Assembly: GCA_040219255.1 (NCBI GenBank)
Contig: JAVJSW010000024.1
Span: 1-18,256, forward strand
Direction of reading: 5' to 3'
Origin: Sumerlaeia bacterium
Lineage (GTDB): Bacteria; Sumerlaeota; Sumerlaeia; SLMS01; JAHLLQ01
Length of the DNA stretch: 18,256 bases
Shown: positions 1-8,600 of the stretch, piece by piece
Layout: the number at the start of each line of letters is the position of its first letter
How positions within the stretch are numbered: the stretch's first letter is position 1
The notes under the pieces: model-generated
Seen by the model: only the letters and a program-made list of their open reading frames with translations
Told to the model about the DNA's origin: nothing
Databases searched by the model: none
Translations under genes and position numbers: made by a program

Positions 1-56
1 GCCTGCCAGTGCGTTCGCTTCGCGCCGGTTGTGAAGCCGGGGGTCTTGTGTTCCAT
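1..56 (-). CDS. tnpA: IS66 accessory protein TnpA (ORF1), N-terminal fragment cut by the window edge
   Basis: ATG at 56 after GGAGAG; translates MEHKTPGFTTGAKRTHWQA, almost identical to the copy at 18103. Confidence 0.8.
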   Translation of the reverse strand, partial: MEHKTPGFTTGAKRTHWQ

Positions 57-140
57 GACCTGCTCTCCGTGTATAAAATGAGGAGGCAGAATCGCACAGG
101 GCCCCGGCGATGGTCAAGATGGGGCTCGTAGGACGTTTAC
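1..140 (-). mobile_element. IS66-family element, left end (partial; runs off the window)
   Basis: Reverse complement of 1-140 matches 18019-18158 with 3 mismatches. It begins GTAAACGTCCTACGAGCCCCATCTT, an IS66-type GTAA terminus, and carries the start of an IS66 accessory ORF. Confidence 0.9.
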
Positions 141-1898
141 GAAGTGTGATCGCGTCATCTTACGCCGGCTCCGGGGCAGCCCTTACTCATATTTCATCCC
201 TCGACAGCCCGGATGGCTCTCTCCTGGATGTACTGGAGGTGGAAAACTCTGGTCGTGTGATCATTAATAATCTGGCCAATAACATCATTATAGATGCACA
301 GAATGAAGCTGGGTCCGGATTTACCATAGGGGCCAGTGGACAGTCCTTCAAAGCCTTGAATGATGGGCTTATCTATAACATCGCTCTGCGAATCAATCCA
401 GACAGACTAAGCGCCAACGGAACCCTCAATATCTATGAGGGAGATGGTACGGGCGGGACTAAGATACACACCCAGGCGTATGCCTACTCAGCCACCGCGG
501 TTCCATCCAACACCTGGGCTGATATTCGTGTCGCATACGTACCTGTTCAAGCTGGGAATATCTACACTTTTGAACTTATTGGCAATTCAAGATTAATAGT
601 TTCACAAAACAACCCGTATCCGGATGGGAAGTCTCTCTACAGCGATAGTGTGGACCTCCGATTCCGCATTGAGCTACGACCTGCTGCGGTGAATCTTCAA
701 ACTGACGTCATCGAGGCCACCCTTTTCGAGGGCTTAGCCGCAAACATTCAAGGTCCATTAAATGTGGAAGGGGAGATATCCTCTTCAAGTAATGAGATTG
801 ATGTGACCGGCGCCTTGAACGTCAGTAATGGGGTGAATGTAAGCGACAATGGACTCAACGTCAATGGAACGACCACCCTGACGGAACAGGGAGATGGCGC
901 TGTCCTGATGAACTTCAACACCGAGCGAAGCTGGCAGCTGCGCCAACTAAACAGCGGGGCCGATACAGCCCTCGAACTGGCGAGCGTTGGCGGTGGCGGC
1001 GGCAAGAACCTGGTCATCACCACCGGGGGGAATGTGGGCATCGGCACCACGGAACCTCGCAACCCCCTGGATGTCGTGGCGTACCTTCCCTACCTCGGAT
1101 CTGGCGATGTGGGGAGCAACAAGAATTCTGATAACTATGTGATGCGTATCCGAGACCTGCACGATCGAGATGGAGAAGGAGGCATTGATGCCTATTACCC
1201 TCGAGGCCTCCTGGCCCTTCAATTCGATGACAATATTGCCGACGGCTTCGGGGATTATTATAACTGGATCCAGTTTTTCGAAGACGGGACCGATCTTGCC
1301 GGCAAAATCGAAAGCAACCAAGGCGGGAATGCGCAGTTTCAATCCGGCGGCGCCGACTATGCGGAACGGTTGGAGCGGCTGGACCCGAGCGAAGAAATCA
1401 ACGACGGTGATGTGGTCGGCGTCTTTGGCGGACTGATCAGCAAGCGCACTGACGGCGCCGACTGGGTCATGGCCATCAGCGGCCAGGCAGCGATCCTTGG
1501 AAATGCCACGCTCAACGACCCGGAACTGCACGCACGGCAGGAAATCGTCAGCTTCATCGGCCAGGTGCCCATCTGGGTGAACGGCCCTGTGAACGAAGGC
1601 GATTACCTCGTCGCCTCTGGCTCGAACGACGGAACCGCGGTGGCCATCTCCCCCGCGGCGATCCTGCCCGAACAATCACACCTCGTCGTCGGCCGCGCCT
1701 GGGGGGCCTCTTCCGAACCGGGCCGGAAACTGGTCAACGCCGTTGTCGGTCTGCCTCAGTCCAAGGACATGACCCAGCCGCTGTGGAACCTTGTTCGTTC
1801 CCAGCAGCAGGAAGATCGATTGGCTGGGCTTGCAGTTGCAAGAGCTCCGGGCCAATCAATCGGCAGTAGAACGTCGCTTGCAAGCCTTGGAGGACTAG
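141..1898 (+). pseudogene. Tail-fibre/adhesin-like protein with C-terminal intramolecular chaperone autocleavage domain (Peptidase_G2-like); 5' end disrupted by IS66, frameshift near 1811
   Basis: The 110..1903 ORF starts inside the IS66 end. It contains GNVGIGTTEP (1028-1057), then GADYAE (1349-1366), GDVVG, VSFIGQVPIWV and EGDYLVASG, typical of trimeric fibre chaperone domains. The coiled-coil tail KIDWLGLQLQELRANQSAVERRLQALED* lies in the +1 frame (1812-1898). Confidence 0.7.
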
Positions 1899-2030
1899 GG
1901 TAACCGCCACCCAGTACCGGCGTACAGCAGAGCGCCGTACCCCCTCGATGTCGCTGTTGTGACCCTACCCACACGCGATCGAAGGATTCTAACAACACAG
2001 GACGCGAGGTCCGTAGGAGCTGCACTTGGG

Positions 2031-2693
2031 TCAGGTTCTCCCTACCATAACAGCCTCAGCCTCCCGGATCATCTCCTCGACCATTTGTCTTTCGTACCGG
2101 ACGAAGTACACCAGGCCATTGATGTTGCAGGACGTGTAGAATTTCCCGGAATGCTGACGGCGAAGACAGAATACAATGCTGGGCGAAGGCACTTCAGGTT
2201 CTGCCCTGGAGAGCCTCCCCTGTAGATCGGCAATCCAGGGCCGCCTGACTCCTGGCAACCTCACCGTCGGGCCTACCAAAGCACGCAATGTGGGTGTGCC
2301 CACCCTCCCGTCCCCGCCGGCCAGAAGCCGGTCGTGGAAGCGCGTGTACCGGCTCAGGACCCCGGACCAATCGCCTTCTTGCCACGGATCGACGGGGTCG
2401 GTGGCCATGAACCGGAGAAATTCTTCGAGCGGGAATCCAGTCGGAATCCGGGGCGGTTCTGGCAGAACGAACTCCCCGTCCTCATCCCTCGGCCCACGGC
2501 GAAGATTTTCAAGTTCGTCAAGATAAGCGGTTCGCTGCTCTTCGGTCATTGCCCCGAGGATTCGCCGTGAAGGTTCAAAGCAGGCATTGTCCAAATACAG
2601 CAGGCTATGGGGCACGGCTGCCGACTCGTTGATCGGCGGGATGGAGTTCGCCTGGCAGTGCAACTCGAGGAGGTGTTCAGAATGTTTTTTCAT
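2031..2693 (-). CDS. Hypothetical protein, 220 aa (paralogue A of an unrecognised family)
   Basis: ATG at 2693 preceded by AAAGGA. Aligns without gaps to the 4810 gene at 67/119 identical residues over LELH..RLxxGG (hand count). Homology starts near 2693, not at the 2777 start of the ORF track. Confidence 0.8.
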   Translation of the reverse strand: MKKHSEHLLELHCQANSIPPINESAAVPHSLLYLDNACFEPSRRILGAMTEEQRTAYLDELENLRRGPRDEDGEFVLPEPPRIPTGFPLEEFLRFMATDPVDPWQEGDWSGVLSRYTRFHDRLLAGGDGRVGTPTLRALVGPTVRLPGVRRPWIADLQGRLSRAEPEVPSPSIVFCLRRQHSGKFYTSCNINGLVYFVRYERQMVEEMIREAEAVMVGRT

Positions 2694-2982
2694 CAGGATT
2701 CCTTTTGAGGTTATTGTGTTGGGGGGTCGGCCAAGGGACCGGTGATCGGGCGCAGCAAAGCGACTGTTCAGACGCATGGCTGCTTAGCGCGCCTGGCGAG
2801 GCGTTTCTTGGAAAGGCTCGCTTTTGATTGGTTTGGGGCCTAGAATCGGGCCAACTTTGGCGAGGAAGCCAAAAAAGAGAGATTTTGGTTCGGGTGCCTA
2901 AAAAAAGACTCGCATGCAAATCGGCGGTGTGAGAACGTAACGAGTGAAGCGTGGAAAGAGATGGAAAGGGCCATCTGGCTGA

Positions 2983-3031
2983 GTTTTGCAAAACGTTGCA
3001 AAACCCCATCGATTTTGAGGGGTTTTTCAAC
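2983..3031. repeat. Palindrome plus inverted repeat upstream of the att-like tRNA fragment (candidate recombinase arm/accessory-protein sites)
   Basis: GTTTTGCAAAAC perfect palindrome (2983-2994); GTTGCAAAACCCC (2995-3007) and GGGGTTTTTCAAC (3019-3031) form an inverted repeat, 12/13 matched. Confidence 0.5.
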
Positions 3032-3096
3032 AGATTCCACAAGACTCAGAGCGTTGCTTTGTTTCGCTTTACGGGGCTTTCCGCAGGCATTGTCGC

Positions 3097-3144
<48 letters not shown>

Positions 3145-3237
3145 TCTAAATCAAGCAATCACAGCGATTATCGAGAATGAATATAAGCGTCAGTTGAGCC
3201 ACGTCCCCGGCGGCCTTGCCATCGACCGTGCCGGGGC

Positions 3238-3515
3238 GTAGCGTCTCCACGAGCCTCGAGCCCGCTTGGCCTGGGGAAGCACCGTTTCGCTCGCGTTGGT
3301 CTTTGCGGATGTTGACTGCGGTCGAATCCTCAGCCGATTTCGGCCGCATCCTCGGTTGCAGCCCGAGCCGCCGCCCAGCGGTCCGGCAACCATTGAGCCA
3401 ATTGGCTTTGCGGCGAGTCCGGCAGTTCTGTGAAGAGAGCCTGCAGGTACTCGAGGGGGTTGGCGCCGGCCCGCGCGGCGCTCTCGATGAGCGTGAAGAA
3501 GGTCGCCGCAGCGGC
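3238..3515 (-). mobile_element. IS66 remnant: 3' end of tnpC plus right inverted repeat
   Basis: Minus frame ending at 3330 reads AAATFFTLIESAARAGANPLEYLQALFTELPDSPQSQLAQWLPDRW, the IS66 transposase C-terminal element. GTAGCGTCTCCACGAGCC at 3238 resembles the IRL GTAAACGTCCTACGAGCC. Confidence 0.8.
3330..3515 (-). pseudogene. tnpC: IS66 transposase TnpC, C-terminal fragment
   Basis: Not in the ORF track (no start codon). Matches the IS66 pattern A..YSLIESA..NG.NP..YL..L...LP......L..LLP..W; an in-frame TAG lies just upstream at 3546-3548. Confidence 0.8.
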
Positions 3516-3554
3516 AAGTCGGGCGCGGGCCCAGTGAACGCCGTGCTATCCTTC

Positions 3555-4317
3555 TCAAATCCGCACCCGCTCAATCTCATCCAGCGTCACCTTCTCCCCC
3601 GTGCGGTCGTAGAGCATCGTCGTGCGGGTGGATTCGTGGGCCGCGATGGCGGCCGCGTCTTCCAGGCGTCCGCCGTTGTCCATAAACGCCGTGATCCCAG
3701 TCGCCCGGAAGGTGTGGTTACCCACCGCCACGGCGATGCCGGCGTCCCCGGCCCGGCGACGGATCATGCGCCAGGCGGCTTCCCGCCCCAGGCGCCGCCC
3801 CGCTCGATGCCGAGGCCTTGCGAGCTGGGGATTGGGAGGGTGTGTCCGCCCCTTTCCGCGTAAACGCGGAACGACAAACGGGCCCCCACCCATCCCCAAT
3901 CCGCGTTCCTCGCGGTTCCAAACTCCCCATCGTCCCCCGCCAAGCACCCCCCCGCACCCCCAACCTCCGCGTCCCCCGCGCCTCTGCGGTGAAATTTCTT
4001 CCCACCAACCACTCACAAACTCCTCCCATTCCTCGACTTACCCGCCCCTAAGCCCCTCTTGTCTGACAAGTGCGACAAGTGTATTTTGTCTTTCTTGCTC
4101 CCGAAGCTCCACATGAGGGGACAAACGGCGCCGCCTGTGAGAGGCTCCCTCCAGTCGAACGCCAAGACCCAGGAGCCCCCGCGCCATGACCCTTCGCCAC
4201 CGCCAGAAACCGCCCCACCGCCGACCGCGCTCTTCGCCCGCCCAACCGTCTCGAAACCAGTCCCCGCCCACCTCGAAGGGTGGCCGCCAAACCTGGGAGA
4301 GCCTTGTCAGCGCTCAT
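3555..4317 (-). pseudogene. Tyrosine recombinase/integrase, degenerate
   Basis: Clear C-terminus at 3555-3800: AWRMIRRRA..GNHTFRATGITAFMDNGGRLEDAAAIAAHESTRTTMLYDR..VTLDEIERVRI, with H-x-x-R, H and catalytic Y. Weaker N-terminal traces in another frame from ATG 4317 (ALPGLAA..AVGRFLAV). The middle is low-complexity and lacks the first catalytic Arg box. Confidence 0.75.
3854..3994. repeat. Degenerate REP-like short palindromic repeats in a C-rich tract
   Basis: TTCCGCGTAAACGCGGAA hairpin (3854-3871), ATCCGCGTTCCTCGCGGTT (3899-3917) and CTCCGCGTCCCCCGCGCCTCTGCGGTGAAA (3965-3994). Confidence 0.4.
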
Positions 4318-4379
4318 AAAGGCAAATTGCCACCGAACCGGCTGATCGGGCTAACTCTAACAAATGTAAGAAAGAAGAA

Positions 4380-4427
4380 TGGCACGCCCAGAGAGTTTCG
4401 AACTCCCGACCTTCTGATCCGTAGTCC
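4380..4427 (-). other. Second 3' half of tRNA-Arg(ACG), att-like core, inverted relative to 3097-3144
   Basis: Minus strand GGACTACGGATCAGAAGGTCGGGAGTTCGAAACTCTCTGGGCGTGCCA; one T-loop mismatch to the first copy; no 5' tRNA half upstream. Confidence 0.9.
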
Positions 4428-4809
4428 AGAAAGTATGTACCGAAATGACGCCTAAAGTCAGTTGGGTCAACTTTGTACATGTTTATGTCCATGTTGGACT
4501 TTGTGTCAAAGCAGGTCTAGTTTTTCTCTATTTTGCAAATCCAAGAAAACTTTTCGCGAGGTGTTCTGAAGAAGGTCACTTAGAGCTTTCTCTCATGTGT
4601 GTCCTAGTTTCATGCCAGCAGAATCGTGGACCCAAAAATAGAAAACCTCTTTTTCGACTCTTCCCGCGGTGTCAACGATCACATCATTTGACCTCCCCAA
4701 GGGGAACTCTCTGGCAGGTGCTCCACGGTCGTGCGTCTCCGTGAAGAGGATCTGCCGGGTCATGTCTTTGGAGCCCACACTTTGACCAGACCTTGTTGAA
4801 AGGCTTTTG

Positions 4810-5481
4810 ATGACGAACAAATCCGACAATCCCCTCGAACTGCACTCCCGAGCGACTTCGATCCCGTCGACCGTTGAGTCGGCAAGCGAACCATTCAATC
4901 TCCTGTACTTGGAGAACCACGTATTCGGACCCCATCGGATCCGGTTTGGAATGTTACCGGCGAAGGAGCAGGCCGGCTATCTTGATAAACTTGCGCGTCT
5001 CCGCCTCGGGCCCAGGGACGCGGACGGTGAATTGATCCTGCCCAAGCCGCCTCGAGTCCCAACGGGCTATCCGCTGAAAGAATTCCTGCGGTTCATGGCC
5101 GTCGATCCAATGGACTCGCAGGAAGTCAACGAATGGTCCGAAGTACTCCCCAGGTACGCGCGCTTTCACAACCGATTGATGACCGGTGGTATCCCGGAGC
5201 CGGCAGACAGAAAGGCTATGACCGGGCCGATGCCGAGCCTGCCCGGCGTTATGCGTCCATTCGGCATCGATGCGCAGGGAAATTTCTGAAGAAAGGAGCC
5301 TGGAAGACCAGTGCCGAGTCCTGTGATGCATCTTCGCCGCGTGGCCAGCGGAGGTTTCTCCACGTCCTGCAACATCAATGATCTGGTGTATATTGTCTGG
5401 TACGAGAGGGCGCAGGCGGAGGAGATGATCCGGCAGGCGGCGGTTGTGCTGGATAGGGCGGCGAAGGGTGAGTCATCGTGA
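4810..5481 (+). pseudogene. Hypothetical protein paralogue B with in-frame TGA at 5287-5289
   Basis: ATG 4810 after GAAAGG. Homology to paralogue A continues in the same frame past the TGA (RKEPGRPVPSPVMHLRRVASGGFSTSCNINDLVYIVWYERAQAEEMIRQA) to a TGA at 5479-5481. Confidence 0.75.
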
Positions 5482-5661
5482 TTTCATTCAAGATTGAAAG
5501 ACCGTCCTGCTCTGGTCCACCATGGGCGCGGCAGACACGGCGTCTCCGATTTGTGTCAGACGACGTCGAAAGTCGGTGACAACGCATAGAGACGTCGTTA
5601 GCTTCATGGCTGTAATCGTTCCAATTTCACTGAGGGCCCGCCCCGCTCTTCAGTTTGAGGC

Positions 5662-8600
5662 ATGGTGATGCAAGACGATGGTATGGGCCACGGGGCTCAG
5701 TCGACATCCGATGAAGCAAACGACCTCTACGAGACGTTCATTCTGGGGGAACGGCGACGGCATTCCTCGCATATCCAAACGGAAACCCGCCTTTTGGCGC
5801 CTAAGGAAGGCAATTCGCGCAATCACCATCAGATGCGGGCCGAGAATTCTCAGCAGTGGCTTGGCTATCGTCTGCTGAGTCGCCTGGGACAGGGCGGAAT
5901 GGGCGAGGTCTGGCAAGCCGTTCAACAGAATCTGTCCCGGCTTGTTGCTGTCAAGCGCCTCAGACCGGACATCGATGAGATTCAGGCGGACTACTACACC
6001 AACCTGTTCCTGCATGAGGCGGTGACGACGGCGCAGTTGGACCACCCAAACATTATCCCGGCGTATGAATTGGGGGAGGATGAAGAGGGCCGGCCGCTTC
6101 TGGCCATGAAAATGGTCAGAGGGCAATTGTGGCCGGAAGTCATGGATTTCGACGCCGCGGTTCTCCCCCAGAGCGAGTACCTGGCGACGCATCTGCGGAT
6201 TCTGCTGGATGTGGCCCAGGCAACGGCTTTCGCCCATAGCCGCGGGATCGTGCATCGGGACTTGAAGCCGCAGCAGGTGATCGTGGGTGACTTCGGCGAA
6301 GTCTATTTAACGGACTGGGGACTGGCGGTCTTGTACGACAAGGAATTGCTGGTCAAGTCGCGATACGGGCTCGATCCTCCTGAGTTGCCTTCCATCGATT
6401 CAGCGCCGAACCCAGCGGGAACGCCGGCCTTCATGGCGCCAGAGCAGGCCGACAGCAATTCGCGGCGCATCGGCCCATGGACTGACGTTTATCTCCTGGG
6501 GGCTACACTCTATCGGCTGCTTTGCGGGACGGCACCACGCGATCCGGCGCCCTACGAGCGGTTACTCGGGCAGATCGAGAAGGGTTTGTATGTTCCCCTG
6601 TCCCATCGCAAAGATTGCTACGCTCCGCCGCATGAGTTGGCTGAGTTGGTCGAAGAAGCGATGGCCTTCGAGCCGGAGCGGCGCCCGACGGCCAAGGGGT
6701 TCATTTCGCGGCTGGAAGAATATGTGACGGGTGCGGGTGCCCGGCGCGATTCGAATCTCATCATGGAGAAGGTGCAGAAATTCGCCGAGAGCGAGTCGCA
6801 AAACGACTACGATTATTATGGCGACTTGATCAGCGAAATCAGCCGGGCCATCTACCTTTGGCCGGATAACAAGAAGGCAATCGAAATGAAGGATTTGATC
6901 CTTCTGCGATTTGTGGAACTGGCCCTGGACCGGGGCGACCTGAGTCTTGCTGAGGTTCAGGCCGACCGGATTCTCGAAGAGGAGCACCGGACAGAAGCGG
7001 CGGCTTTGGTGAAGGCGGCGCAGTTGCGGCAGAAGGCCGCGCAACGTACCCAGCGGGTCTTGTGGGGAATGACGGCTTTGCTTGTCGCGCTCATCCTGAT
7101 GGGAACTCTTTTCTTCAACCGCCAACTGTCTCACCGGACGACTCTCGCGGAAAGCGCAACGTCCGATGCCCGAGCCGCGCAGGCGGAACTGCTGACAAAT
7201 CAGGAACAATTGAATCGCCAGCTGTATATCAACAGCCTGGCCATTGCCGAAGGTTACCTGGTGGAGCACCAGCCGATTGCGGCGCGCCAGGAGCTGTTGG
7301 CGGCTCGGCCCGAATTTCGGAACTTGGAGTGGGGATTGCTCTATGCTCAGAGTGTCCCAGAAGCGAAACAGATCTCTTTAGACCTGGGAGCGATCGTCGA
7401 TATCGCTGCTTCGCGGGACGGCAAATCTCTCTTGGTCTGCAACGAAGAAGGGCAAAGCTGGATCGTCGATTACTTCCAGGATCAAGCGGTCCCTGTCAAT
7501 CTGGGGCCGGACGTAGCCATATCCGCCGTGGCAATTTCGCCTGATGGGGTCAAGCAGGCCTATGGCTGTCAGGACGGGACGGTGTTTCTTCAGGTTCAGG
7601 GTGAGCGCGCTATCCGTTTGAGCAACGCAGTGACTGAAGGCGTTGCGCGAGTGGCTTTCGGTGATTCCGGAGAACGGCTGGGTGTTCTCTCAACCGGCGG
7701 CGAACTCCTTGTTCTCGAAGTGGAAACCGGCGCGGTGGTATGGCGGAAAGTCCTCGATGCCCACACCGAACAGGAGGCTCTGGCTGTTCCCAAGGCGCTG
7801 ACATGGGGTCCAGGCGAGGGGTTGATCGCGGCCGCGGACAAGAACTACCAGGTCATACTGCTCGATTCGCAAACTGGCGAGGAAACCACGGCCCTGGCCG
7901 GTCATGTCGCGCCCGTTCGCTCGATCAGTTTCCTGGGGGAGGGTGAACGCCTCGTGAGCGGGGGCGAGGACGGACAAGTGCTGCTGTGGACCCTCGATTC
8001 GTCCGGTGAAGAGGTTGAGAGGCCAAGTCGACTGCAGATCAATCAAGAGATCGATGAGCGCGCTTACGTGGTGAAGACACTGCCTTTCGCGTCGCAGAGC
8101 GGACAATTGGTGGTGACCGTTTCCGCCAATGGCTATTGCTCGCTCCTGGACAGTCTTTCCGGAGCGCATCTCTGGGAAGCGAAAGGGCATCAGCATGCCC
8201 TCACGAGCGCGGCCCTGATTGAGGCTCGCAACATGCTGGTTACCGCCAGCGAAGCCGGTAAACTGACCTTCTGGCGGGTTGCGGAGGATACCACCAAGAA
8301 GGAACTTGATGGCCATTTCGGACGTGTGGTGGTGAGGGGGGTGACGCCTGATGGAACGCGGGCTCTGACCTTCGCCCACGACAATACGGCTCGGGTCTGG
8401 GACATTGCGAGCGGCCGGGAAGTCCTTCAGGTGGAACTGCCCATGGGGCGGTACGCCTATGCGGAAGGTCGGCTCTCGAGCGACGGAAGCTGTTTCGCGG
8501 CGATTTCCAAGGCGAACCAGCCGCAGCTCTACAAGATGGAAGATGGTGGTTTGATCGCGTCGAGTCCGGACTGCGAGGTCGATCTCGATGACATCGCTCT

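Noticed and set aside
110-140. Native start of the 597-aa ORF
   Set aside because: Lies within the IS66 terminal sequence that is duplicated at 18019-18049.
3860-3905. RIGDGWGPVCRSA as a remnant of the integrase GPLFR motif
   Set aside because: Overlaps the palindromic repeats in a low-complexity tract; similarity too weak to use.
5287-5340. Selenocysteine codon or alternative genetic code
   Set aside because: Aligned residue is Ser, no redox motif or obvious SECIS hairpin, and TGA serves as a stop in neighbouring genes.
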